NCBI GenBank assembly: GCA_035262465.1
Contig: DATFSU010000078.1
Span: 64,013 to 128,012 of the forward strand
DNA: 64,000 bases
Reading direction: 5' to 3'
Source: Candidatus Angelobacter sp.
Lineage (GTDB): Bacteria; Acidobacteriota; Terriglobia; Terriglobales; Acidobacteriaceae
Shown: positions 28,068-37,035 of the stretch, piece by piece
How the letters are laid out: every line of letters begins with the position of its first letter
Numbering within the stretch: the first letter of the stretch is position 1
The notes under the pieces: model-generated
The model's database searches: none
Seen by the model: the letters and a program-made list of their open reading frames with translations, nothing else
Told to the model about the DNA's origin: nothing
Made by a program: the position numbers and the translations under genes

Positions 28068-28107
28068 TTTCGGCGGCCTTTGGCCATTGTGACATTACCG
28101 GCACATT

Positions 28108-29712
28108 TCAAATGACCACGGTTTCCTGATACTCGCCGAAAACGCGGCGCAGGGCGTCGGAAATTTCGCCGACGGTGCAGTAGTTCTCGACGGCGTGGAC
28201 GATGTGCGGCATAAGGTTGGCCTCGGCGCGTGCGGCGTCTTCCACCTGCTTGATCGCCTGTTCCCACGCGCCTTTATCGCGGCGCTGGCGCAGCGCGCGC
28301 AGCCGCTCCACCTGCCGGCTCTCCAGCGCTTCATCGATGCGCTGAATAGGAGTGCCCTTTTCGTCTTCGGTCTGAAAGCGATTCACACCGACAACTACGT
28401 TTTCCAGGTGATCAACCCCCTGCTGGAAGTCGTAGGCGGCGTTCTGAATCTCCTGCTGAATGTAGCCCTGCTCGATGGCTTGCAACGTACCGCCCATGGC
28501 TTCAATCTTCTCCAGATACAGCTCCGCGCGACGCTCAATCTCGTTGGTCAACGATTCAATGTAGTAAGAGCCGGCCAGGGGATCGATGGTATTAGCCACT
28601 CCGGTTTCGTATCCGACAATCTGCTGCGTGCGCAGCGCAATGCGCGCCGCCTCTTCCGTCGGCAGGCCGAGCGCCTCATCATAGCTGTTGGTGTGGAGCG
28701 ATTGTGTTCCGCCCAGCACTGCTGCCAGCGCCTGCAGAGCCGTGCGCACGATGTTATTTTCCGGCTGCTGCGCCGTGAGCGTGGAACCGGCGGTCTGCGT
28801 ATGAAAGCGTAGCATCTGCGACCGTGGATTCCTGGCCCCAAAGTGATCTTTCATGATTCGCGCCCACATGCGCCGGGCCGCCCGGAATTTAGCTACCTCT
28901 TCCAGAAAATTGTTATGCGCGTTGAAAAAGAACGAAAGCCGCGGCGCGAATTTGTCCACGTCTAGCCCGGCGTGCAGCGCGGCATCGACATAGGCGATGG
29001 CGTTGGCCAGAGTGAAGGCAACTTCCTGCACGGCGGTGCAGCCGGCCTCGCGCATGTGATAGCCGGAAATCGAAATTGGATTCCATTCGGGCACCTGCTC
29101 ATTGGCGTAGGCAAACATGTCCGTGATGATGCGCAGCGCCTGCCGCGGCGGGTAGATATAGGTTCCCCGCGCGATATATTCCTTGAGAATATCGTTTTGA
29201 ACGGTACCACTCAGCTTGCGAACCTGAGCTCCCGCACGCTTTGCCACAGCGATATACAACCCCAGCAGGATGGCGGCGCTGGCGTTGATGGTCATTGAGG
29301 TGGAGATTTTTTCCAGATCGATGCCGGCGAAAAGACGCTCCATGTCCTCAATGGAATCGATGGCCACGCCGACCTTGCCCACTTCGCCAATGGCCATGGG
29401 ATGGTCAGAATCCATGCCGATCTGCGTCGGTAGATCGAACGCGACAGAAAGGCCGGTGGTGCCGTTGGCCAGCAGGTAGCGATAACGTTTGTTGGATTCT
29501 TCGGCGTCGCCCATGCCGGCGTACTGGCGCATGGTCCAGAGGCGCCCGCGGTACATCGTGGGCTGCACCCCGCGAGTGAAAGGAAATTCGCCGGGATAGC
29601 TGACATCGGCGCCGTATTCCCATCCTTCCAGGTTCGCCGGCGTGTAGAGAGGCTGAGGATCAATCTTTCTGAGCTGGCTGATTTCGGATTCGAGTTTGAG
29701 GTCGTTGGACAT
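28108..29712 (-). CDS. Methylmalonyl-CoA mutase family, catalytic (large/N-terminal) subunit only
   Basis: 534 aa. '[26 protein letters not shown]' and '[16 protein letters not shown]' are typical of acyl-CoA mutases. There is no C-terminal B12-binding domain. Confidence 0.9.
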   Translation of the reverse strand: MSNDLKLESEISQLRKIDPQPLYTPANLEGWEYGADVSYPGEFPFTRGVQPTMYRGRLWTMRQYAGMGDAEESNKRYRYLLANGTTGLSVAFDLPTQIGMDSDHPMAIGEVGKVGVAIDSIEDMERLFAGIDLEKISTSMTINASAAILLGLYIAVAKRAGAQVRKLSGTVQNDILKEYIARGTYIYPPRQALRIITDMFAYANEQVPEWNPISISGYHMREAGCTAVQEVAFTLANAIAYVDAALHAGLDVDKFAPRLSFFFNAHNNFLEEVAKFRAARRMWARIMKDHFGARNPRSQMLRFHTQTAGSTLTAQQPENNIVRTALQALAAVLGGTQSLHTNSYDEALGLPTEEAARIALRTQQIVGYETGVANTIDPLAGSYYIESLTNEIERRAELYLEKIEAMGGTLQAIEQGYIQQEIQNAAYDFQQGVDHLENVVVGVNRFQTEDEKGTPIQRIDEALESRQVERLRALRQRRDKGAWEQAIKQVEDAARAEANLMPHIVHAVENYCTVGEISDALRRVFGEYQETVVI

Positions 29713-29730
29713 TTTTAAACAAAATTTAAT

Positions 29731-29937
29731 TCGTCATCCTGACGGCCGTAAAGCGAGCATGCGCATTCGGGTCCCCATTCGCGCCCGACTTTGGCGGGTA
29801 TGGGCGGATCAGCATGCGAGTAGGCCGGAAGGACCTTGCGCTTCCTTAAAATAATACTCCCGCAAGCGCAAGGTCCCTCACTCCTATTCCGGTCGCTGAA
29901 GACTGCGCGCCCTCATTGACGGAGTTCGGGATGACGT
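29731..29937. repeat. About 207-nt palindromic MITE-like element
   Basis: The termini are tcgtcatcc...gggatgacg. The central perfect 13-bp stem is ggaccttgcgctt (29831-29843) / aagcgcaaggtcc (29864-29876). The two halves are imperfect reverse complements of each other. Confidence 0.7.
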
Positions 29938-29966
29938 TTCCGCAAGGAGAATCGAGGTATTGCCAA

Positions 29967-30287
29967 TTATTTCCTTTTTTTTATGGTTTGGCTGGCCCTA
30001 ACAAATGACTGGACAGTGAAGTATGCACAGACCAAAGTAAAGACGCTCACGACCAACAGGTGTGTATGGTTAGCGAAATGATCGGCACGATAGTGCTTAA
30101 TGAGCCAGGCAATTCCTAGGCTGGTAAAGAAAACGTATAGCAGCCCTGTCGTTTGCAGCCAGAAAGCGTACAGAACCCGGGCCAGTGAACTTACCAGGGA
30201 TTTTCCACCGGCGAAAACCGCGCCCAGAATGCGGTCTTTCTTTACAACGGTTTGCAGGGCATTTTTGACATTGGAAATTTCCGGCAT
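29967..30287 (-). CDS. Hypothetical membrane protein (106 aa)
   Basis: The ORF has two or three hydrophobic helices ('LYAFWLQTTGLLYVFFTSLGIAWLI', 'LLVVSVFTLVCAYFTV'). Confidence 0.55.
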   Translation of the reverse strand: MPEISNVKNALQTVVKKDRILGAVFAGGKSLVSSLARVLYAFWLQTTGLLYVFFTSLGIAWLIKHYRADHFANHTHLLVVSVFTLVCAYFTVQSFVRASQTIKKRK

Positions 30288-30383
30288 TTTGCCTATTGTA
30301 GCTCGAAAATCAGCGTATCCTTGGGAAAGGGTAAAACGGAAGTATCCCTGCAGGCATCCAATGAAACAGCAGAGGAGTTTGCC

Positions 30384-30668
30384 GTGAATCCACGCCTGAA
30401 ACAGCTGATGAAAGATCTGGGGGAGGCCATCAACGGCTCCCTGGCTGAGTCCGACCAGATCGCGCAGGTAATCGCAAAGATCAAAGAAGAGGGATTTGAC
30501 ATATTTCTGGTGCTGGAAGCCACAATTGGCTTCAACCGGCGCGACGAAGAGGCTGCGCCGGAGCTGGTTAGCTCACGCCGGAAAAATGCCGATCCCGAGT
30601 TCAGTATTAATGCTCACGATGTGCGCTTTCTCAAGTCTCTGCGCATCAGCGTTGATGACGCTGCATGA
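30384..30668 (+). CDS. Hypothetical protein (94 aa)
   Basis: The GTG at 30384 is preceded by GAGGAG. The sequence is VNPRLKQLMKDLGEAINGSLAESDQIAQVIAKIKEEGFDIFLVLEA... The ORF-track upstream extension looks non-coding. Confidence 0.5.
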   Translation: MNPRLKQLMKDLGEAINGSLAESDQIAQVIAKIKEEGFDIFLVLEATIGFNRRDEEAAPELVSSRRKNADPEFSINAHDVRFLKSLRISVDDAA

Positions 30669-30768
30669 ACCAACTCCTCTGGCTTTAGATCCCGGCGCCT
30701 GAGCTGCGCCGGGATTTCTTTTTTCTGCTAGCATTAAAAAAGTCCGGAGCAAGACGATTAGCCTCGAT

Positions 30769-32022
30769 ATGAAAGACACGCTTGGAGTACTTCTGGCCGG
30801 AGGCGCCGGTGAGCGCCTTTATCCCTTGACGCGTGACCGCGCTAAACCCGCGGTGACTTTCGGTGGCAACTATCGCATCATCGATATCACGCTTTCCAAT
30901 TGCATTAACTCCGATCTGCGCCGGGTTTATATCCTTACCCAGTACAAGGCGCTCTCCCTGAATCGCCACATCCGCGAAGGCTGGGGCTCAGTGGTGGCCC
31001 GGGAGTTGGGCGAGTTCGTGGAGATCCTCCCACCCATGAAGCGCGTGAGCGATAACTGGTATCTTGGCACCGCCGACGCGGTGTACCAGAACATTTATTC
31101 CGTCGGCAGCGAGCAGTGCAAACGCGTCATTATTCTCTCCGGCGACCACATCTACAAGATGAATTACCAGCTGATGCTGGATCAGCATATGGCTGCGGAC
31201 GCCGACGTAACCCTGGCGACAATCCTGGTTGAACCCAGCGAAACCCATCACTTCGGCGTGATGGAGATCGACCGCAGCGGCCGTATCACCGGCTTTCTGG
31301 AAAAGCCCAGGAACACCGATCTGCGCTCGCCCTACAATCCGGAGATGGTTTCCGCTTCCATGGGCGTTTATATCTTCAACACTGACGTGCTTTTGCCCGT
31401 CCTGCTCAAAGACGCGGAGGACCCGAATTCATCGCACGACTTCGGCAAGGACATTCTTCCCAAGATTCTCGACCAGTACAAAATCTATTCTTACAACTTC
31501 ATTGACGAGAATATGAAGGAAGCGCAGTACTGGCGCGATGTAGGCACGCTGGAAGCGTATTACGAAGCCAACATGGACCTGGTTGCGGTGTCACCGGTCT
31601 TCAACCTGTACGACAAGCACTGGCCCATCCGCACGCACCAGCGCCAGTATCCGCCGGCGAAGTTTGTGTTTGGCGAGCCTGGCCGCACCGGCTCCGCGAT
31701 TGATTCCATCGTCTGTCCGGGTTGCATTCTTTCCGGCGGCTCGGTGCGCAACTGCGTGCTCTCGCCTGACGTGCGTGTGAATTCCTATTCTGAAGTGGAA
31801 GAGACCATTATCTTTTCCCACGTGAATATCGGGCGCCACTGCCGCATCCGGCGGGCCATCATCGATCGCGACGTGCATATCCCTGAAGGCACGATCATCG
31901 GCTTTGATCCGGAACAGGATGCGAGAAACTATATCGTCACCGAATCCGGCATCACGGTAGTGACGCGCGACTATTCACTGTTTGAGAGCCCGGTGGCAGT
32001 GGACTACTTCACGAGTGAATAA
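30769..32022 (+). CDS. glgC: Glucose-1-phosphate adenylyltransferase
   Basis: 417 aa with 'VLLAGGAGERLYPLTRDRAKPAVTFGGNYRIIDITLSNCINS', the canonical GlgC N-terminus. Confidence 0.95.
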   Translation: MKDTLGVLLAGGAGERLYPLTRDRAKPAVTFGGNYRIIDITLSNCINSDLRRVYILTQYKALSLNRHIREGWGSVVARELGEFVEILPPMKRVSDNWYLGTADAVYQNIYSVGSEQCKRVIILSGDHIYKMNYQLMLDQHMAADADVTLATILVEPSETHHFGVMEIDRSGRITGFLEKPRNTDLRSPYNPEMVSASMGVYIFNTDVLLPVLLKDAEDPNSSHDFGKDILPKILDQYKIYSYNFIDENMKEAQYWRDVGTLEAYYEANMDLVAVSPVFNLYDKHWPIRTHQRQYPPAKFVFGEPGRTGSAIDSIVCPGCILSGGSVRNCVLSPDVRVNSYSEVEETIIFSHVNIGRHCRIRRAIIDRDVHIPEGTIIGFDPEQDARNYIVTESGITVVTRDYSLFESPVAVDYFTSE

Positions 32023-32167
32023 ATCTTTGTATCACTTCGACTACAAGCTGTCTGCGCGAGCATATTGAACGTCGCAACCACGCAGCGCCAGCATTAATTT
32101 TTCTTGCCTGCACCGACTTCAAAGCTTTACGATTCCCCACCTCAAGCTGCTTACGGGGAAGATAACT

Positions 32168-33169
32168 TTGAACAACACCGACGATGGCATTTTTGATGAT
32201 AATTTGGGGTTAGGCGACGAAGTCCAAACCTTTTCCGATTTCATTCAGCAACCGGCTCTACATGCATGGGTAGCAGCACATGTGAGACGCGAATTCCCGC
32301 GCCTTGCCGCCGGGATCATCGTTTACGATCCTGCCTCTAAGCAATTTCAAGGCATGGCCATGCCGAATTCATCGCCTACACCAAATGAATTTTGGGAGAT
32401 CCACCACTTTTCCCTAGTGGCTGCGTACAAGAGAATTCGCGAAGAAGGCCGAAGGCTTGTTGGGTTTTTCTCGACTCGATATCCTGGAAAGCCGCCTACG
32501 CCAGAACAAATCAACGGTACGTGGATAGACCGGGCCTATTGGATTGTTTCCACCAACCCTATGGGGGATGCAACCGATAGCATCGCCTATTTTCATGGCG
32601 ATTCGAAGACATATAAGCCCCTAACCGCTAAATTTAGTGTCAATCCCAATACGCAAATATTCGCGACTACGACCCAGGTAATCGGCTCTGTTGTCCAAAC
32701 CGCAAATGGAGAGCTAATGCGATGGCTGCAGAAGCATCCCCATGATCTGCTGCAAGTTCATCCTGGCACGTTTGAGCAGATTATTGCTGAGCTATTCCGA
32801 GATCAAGGATTTGACGTAGAAGTCTTAGGTTCTTGGAATCAGCCGGACGGAGGAATTGACATTATTGCTGTACGCAAGAACACTCTGGCAGGCACGTTTC
32901 GTGTTGGAATTCAATGCAAACGATTTGTAAAGACAGGTGTGGTTAAAGCTGATCTAGTTTGGGCGCTTGAGGGACGCATGGATAAGTTCCGCCTCAACAA
33001 AGGGGTACTAGCCACCACGGCACACTTCGAGAAATCTGTGCTTGCAGATTTGAAAGATCATCTTTGGCGAATCGAACTCCGCGATTTTGAAGCCTTGACG
33101 CAAGACCTGCAATCTTGGGGGCGATATGAGCATGACTCCACGGGGTTGTGGCTTCCAAAACGACCTTGA
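32168..33169 (+). CDS. Mrr_cat-type restriction endonuclease domain protein with N-terminal domain of unknown function
   Basis: The C-terminal half has 'FEQIIAELFRDQGFDVEVLG...DGGIDIIAV...VGIQCKRF', matching the PD-(D/E)xK Mrr core. The N-terminal roughly 190 aa are unassigned. It has a TTG start and sits in a visibly AT-richer stretch. Confidence 0.75.
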   Translation: MNNTDDGIFDDNLGLGDEVQTFSDFIQQPALHAWVAAHVRREFPRLAAGIIVYDPASKQFQGMAMPNSSPTPNEFWEIHHFSLVAAYKRIREEGRRLVGFFSTRYPGKPPTPEQINGTWIDRAYWIVSTNPMGDATDSIAYFHGDSKTYKPLTAKFSVNPNTQIFATTTQVIGSVVQTANGELMRWLQKHPHDLLQVHPGTFEQIIAELFRDQGFDVEVLGSWNQPDGGIDIIAVRKNTLAGTFRVGIQCKRFVKTGVVKADLVWALEGRMDKFRLNKGVLATTAHFEKSVLADLKDHLWRIELRDFEALTQDLQSWGRYEHDSTGLWLPKRP

Positions 33170-33387
33170 TCTCGTCGCCCATTCCGAAGCACTTACTTGA
33201 GTCGGTTTGAATGAAAGCCCGCACTCCATGCCTGCCTATTTTTCTGTTTGTCCTGACAGAGTTTAGGCTTACAAGCCTTCCGTCGGCGCGCTGGCGGGTC
33301 GGACTACTTTACATCTGAATAGCAAATGGCAACTGGCAATGAGTGCGAAGCTGCTTGTTCGAGCAGCTTCGCATCAAAAACGATTGT

Positions 33388-34761
33388 CTATCTCCGCAGC
33401 AATTTCAGCAACAATCCCGATCCCAACGAAATCAATCCAAACAATGCTAACAACGGTTGCGGTGAGGCGGTTGCGGGCAACTTTTGTTCCGGTGCTGGTT
33501 CCGGAGTCGGCTCGGGCTCAGCTTGCGCCACCTGTTCCGGCTCAATTGAGCCGGTCACACGGACGGCGACGGTCTTGGTATCGGAGCCGCCGCAGACATT
33601 GGTGGCTGTGAGCTTGAAGGTCTTGGTCTCATCCACCGGGCCGGGATTGGTCTGAGTCGGCGAAACCTCCACGCTCTGTGTGCCGCTGCTTCCGCTCACA
33701 GACCCAACCGGATCGATGGTCACAGAATCTGCATTGGCAGCGCTCCACTGCAGATCGGCTTTGCCTTGCTCTTGGACCTGGTCGCCCACTTTGACAAAGC
33801 GAACCTCGGGCGACGAAGAAGTGAGCGATGCTTGCACCGTGGGATCGACGTTCACATTGACGTCCTTGACCACGGTTCCACCGGGACCAGCGGCGCGAAA
33901 CTGATATTTCGTCGTTTGCTTGGGCTGCACCGTCAGATCGCCGGAAGCGGATTCGGCCAGCTTCTCATTGTTGGCGCTCACCGTGGTTACCGTTCCCTCC
34001 TTCGAACTCCAGGTCAGTTTGACCGGCTCGTTGCACTTGATGTCGGGGTGATCTACAGAAAGGCTGGCTGTGACCGGCGCTACAGCGATCGTCGCCGAAG
34101 CGGTGCCGGCTTCAAAGCGTTTCAGGTCTTTGATGTCCTTCCCTTTTCCCCAATCCTTATAGACGATATGCGCGTTGTCGTGGCCTTTCACGTAAACAAT
34201 CAGGCGCTTGTTTGCTTTTACGTCGACCTGGCCTGCCCAGATGGGCTGGTCAGTCTTGCGCCGCACAATGGTGAGCTGATGCGTTCCCACCGGAACAATC
34301 AGCTGCTGCTTGGCGATGAAATTGTTATTCATCTCGTCCGCGTGGCCGACAAAGAACTCAGGCGTCGTGCCGTTCATGAAGACCAGAGAATTGCCGGGAA
34401 CGCCCTCGATTTGAATTCGTCCCCAGGGACCGCTGACTCTGCCGGGCACAGGCTGCAGATGCACATCGAATTGTTGTGTATCTCCGCCTGCGACTGTTAC
34501 GGTCTGCGTCTTGGGCGTAAAACCGTAGTTATAGACGGTGATGGTGTGCTCTCCTGGAGCCAGGTGAAGAAAGCTGCTGCGATGAGTAGCCGGCTTCCCA
34601 TCAACCCAGATATAGGCCTCTTCCGGAAGCACACCGACATACACCTCGCCCGGAGCCTTGCTGTCGCTCGTACCTTTTGTATCTTGCAGCGCCCAGGCAA
34701 GCCCGGCACCGGCAATCAGAAATAAAGCAGCGATGGAGAAGCGCCGTAATTCAATGTTCAT
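33388..34761 (-). CDS. Secreted PEGA-domain / Ig-like repeat protein with C-terminal LPxTA-type sorting signal
   Basis: It starts at the ATG at 34761 (MNIELRRFSIAALFLIAGAGLAWA). The PEGA-like segment is 'GVLPEEAYIWVDGKP...GEHTITVYNYGF'. The C-terminus is 'LPATASPQPLLALFGLISLGSGLLLKLLRR'. Confidence 0.8.
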   Translation of the reverse strand: MNIELRRFSIAALFLIAGAGLAWALQDTKGTSDSKAPGEVYVGVLPEEAYIWVDGKPATHRSSFLHLAPGEHTITVYNYGFTPKTQTVTVAGGDTQQFDVHLQPVPGRVSGPWGRIQIEGVPGNSLVFMNGTTPEFFVGHADEMNNNFIAKQQLIVPVGTHQLTIVRRKTDQPIWAGQVDVKANKRLIVYVKGHDNAHIVYKDWGKGKDIKDLKRFEAGTASATIAVAPVTASLSVDHPDIKCNEPVKLTWSSKEGTVTTVSANNEKLAESASGDLTVQPKQTTKYQFRAAGPGGTVVKDVNVNVDPTVQASLTSSSPEVRFVKVGDQVQEQGKADLQWSAANADSVTIDPVGSVSGSSGTQSVEVSPTQTNPGPVDETKTFKLTATNVCGGSDTKTVAVRVTGSIEPEQVAQAEPEPTPEPAPEQKLPATASPQPLLALFGLISLGSGLLLKLLRR

Positions 34762-35109
34762 ACCTCCTCCTTGAGGCTTGCCTTTGCGCGGATTCAAAGA
34801 TGCTGCGGGAACAAGCCTCCTTCCTTTCCTTTTTGGATGGAAGAGGCCACTGCTGATGGCCGAGGGTGGCGCATCTCCGGCTCTCGCTGATTTTCGCGGG
34901 AGGAAACTTGCGCTGAGCCAACATAGAACCGGATTCAATTCCGGGTGCTGAGATGCACAAAATTCGGGGTGAAACCATAAGCGGCAAATGTGCACGGAAT
35001 TTCTCCCTTTCCATTTTGGGATTTAGATTTTTCTTATTTACATTAGGTTCAATCAGGGCATGCCCCTTCGCAGCTACGATGGCCTGCTGTAACTAAGGAG
35101 CCACTGCAA

Positions 35110-35976
35110 ATGAGAGCACGCAGAATTTATCTTGCTGTTTTAGTTCTTGCCCTGATGGAAGTCGGGCTCGCAGGCATGCCGGCTGAGGCCCAGACGGCTT
35201 TTACCTTCACGCAGCTCGATGTTCCGGGCAGCACGGCCACGGAGGCGGATGGCATTAACGCCCAGGGAGAGATTGTAGGTTTCTTTTTTGACGCAGCCGG
35301 CCGGCAGCACGGCTTCCTGGATCAAAACGGCTCTTTCACCCAACTGGATTTTCCCGGCGCTACCGCGACGCGCACCGTCAACCTGAACAGCGCGGGCGTC
35401 ATCGCCGGCGCATTTACTGACGCTGCGGGAGTGCAGCACGGTCTGTTTGGCCGCGCCAACGACTTTACCCGCTTTGATTTCCCTGGCAGCACATCAACAC
35501 TGGGCTTGGGGATTAATGCCGCGGGAACCATTGTGGGATCGTTCGCTGACGCCGCGGGACAGACGCACGCATTCATCAAACGCGGCCAGACGTTTACGCA
35601 ATTCGATTTTCCCGGCGGACACGATACGGTTGCTTTCGCCATCAACAATCGGGACGAGATTGTCGGTGGTTTTACTGACGCTGCCGGCGTCTCCCACGCG
35701 TTCACGCTTCGCCGTGGCATCTTCAACCTGCTCGATCCTCCCGGCGCGACCAGTTCGGTGGCATTCGGGATAAGCGTTCAGGGATTCGTGATGGGCAGCT
35801 TCACCGATGCCGCGGGCAACGGACATGGATTCTTCGACCGGCGCGGCGTTTTCACTCAGCTGGATTTTCCCGGAGCTGCGTCGACCGATGGAAACGGAAT
35901 CAATGCCTCAGGCACGATCGTGGGCGATTTCTTTGACCATGCCGGCGTGGAGCACGGATACATCGCCGTGCATTGA
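35110..35976 (+). CDS. Secreted HAF-family extracellular repeat protein
   Basis: It has a signal peptide and about six 43-aa repeats of the form 'FTQLDxPGxxxTxxxGINxxGxIVGxFxDAAGxxHxF'. Confidence 0.85.
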   Translation: MRARRIYLAVLVLALMEVGLAGMPAEAQTAFTFTQLDVPGSTATEADGINAQGEIVGFFFDAAGRQHGFLDQNGSFTQLDFPGATATRTVNLNSAGVIAGAFTDAAGVQHGLFGRANDFTRFDFPGSTSTLGLGINAAGTIVGSFADAAGQTHAFIKRGQTFTQFDFPGGHDTVAFAINNRDEIVGGFTDAAGVSHAFTLRRGIFNLLDPPGATSSVAFGISVQGFVMGSFTDAAGNGHGFFDRRGVFTQLDFPGAASTDGNGINASGTIVGDFFDHAGVEHGYIAVH

Positions 35977-36045
35977 AGCCGGACCGGATGAATCGCGCCC
36001 TGGAAATGCTTCCTGTTCGTACCTGAGAAAGGAGACTTCTGCCCT

Positions 36046-36990
36046 ATGCGTCACTATGTCAATTCTATAAAGAACAACTTCTTCTTCATTTTGCTGAGTG
36101 CGGTCGCACTGATTGGGTTGCCGGCACGCAGCTATTCCCAGTCTGCCTGTATCAATCAATCTCCGCGAAATGTCTTGTACCAACCGCCGATCGGTGCGCC
36201 GCCGGCGCCGGGGTTGGATTACAACTACAAAAGCACGGCTCCCGTAGTCACCTTCGGCGCGGATCCCACTACGGTCAACTACCAGGGGCGCGTCCTCCAC
36301 GTATGTGACCAGCATTACCATGTGCCGGTGGAGAACGTTCAAGGCTGCACCAACGAGAAGCAGGGCGTACCTCCGCCGCACGGGACACCGCCGCCGGTGG
36401 GGCAGTGGATCGAGGTACACACCGTTTATGCGGCGGAAGTGGATAACTCTCCTGAATGCGCCGGGGCACCGGACCGCAATCTGGCCTGCTGCAAGAAACC
36501 GCCGTTTGTGGTCAGAGGATTCAGCGCCAGGGTCGCACAGCCGTCAGGTTCCTCGGCGCCGCCGATCCCTCAGCCTGCGACTGGCCTTCTGGTTGAATGG
36601 TCAGGGTCGAACACGAGTCCCGACGACAACACCGGGTGCAAGCCGCTGCCGGCACAATGGAGTTTTCGCCTGGGCTGCCAATTTGAGGTCCGCCAGAACC
36701 TGCTGGATCCGCATAGGTTCGAAGCGCACGGAGCAAGGCCGGTGCAGCCGCCCAACCGTGTAAGCCCGGACATGACTCTTGTCGGAGACGCTCGCGAGTT
36801 GGACAACAAGGCGTGCCGTCCGGTACGCACAACGCCGATCGCCAGCGACGCGATTGCCAAGCAGTGGGGCTGCCCGGTTGCCTGCAAACCTCCGCTTAGC
36901 AGCTTTAACGGAGATTGGAGAAACGTTCCGGACAACCTGACTCCTCAATATGCGCTGTGCACTTGCTGCGCGCCTGACCGGCCACAGTAA
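36046..36990 (+). CDS. Secreted Cys-rich protein, possible carbonic-anhydrase-like fold (weak)
   Basis: The signal peptide is 'FFFILLSAVALIGLPARSYS'. 'INQSP', 'CDQHYHVP' and 'WIEVHTVYA' loosely recall the alpha-CA QSPI / HxH / ExHxVH landmarks. There is a Cys-rich C-terminal module. Confidence 0.7.
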   Translation: MRHYVNSIKNNFFFILLSAVALIGLPARSYSQSACINQSPRNVLYQPPIGAPPAPGLDYNYKSTAPVVTFGADPTTVNYQGRVLHVCDQHYHVPVENVQGCTNEKQGVPPPHGTPPPVGQWIEVHTVYAAEVDNSPECAGAPDRNLACCKKPPFVVRGFSARVAQPSGSSAPPIPQPATGLLVEWSGSNTSPDDNTGCKPLPAQWSFRLGCQFEVRQNLLDPHRFEAHGARPVQPPNRVSPDMTLVGDARELDNKACRPVRTTPIASDAIAKQWGCPVACKPPLSSFNGDWRNVPDNLTPQYALCTCCAPDRPQ

Positions 36991-37035
36991 GCGCAGTTTG
37001 GTTCGCGCAGAGCAGATATTTCTTGTTTGCAGGAT

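Noticed and set aside
29713-29966. Cobalamin riboswitch in the leader of the acyl-CoA mutase gene.
   Set aside because: No B12-box-like (GCCACTG) core is present on the minus strand. The region is better explained as a palindromic repeat element with related half-copies elsewhere in the window.
33388-34995. Long N-terminal extensions of track ORFs: 33388-34995, 39562-40587, 40724-41251, 52951-54525, 6155-6457 and 15613-16149.
   Set aside because: In each case an internal start with a good RBS gives a clean signal peptide or the family-typical N-terminus. The upstream extension is compositionally non-protein-like or overlaps the neighbouring gene.
34762-35109. Cyclic-di-GMP (GEMM-I) riboswitch in the leader of the PEGA surface protein gene.
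   Set aside because: 'CGCGCAAAGGCAAGCC' is only loosely similar to the ACGCAAAGCC core. The paired GNRA-tetraloop/receptor architecture is not evident.
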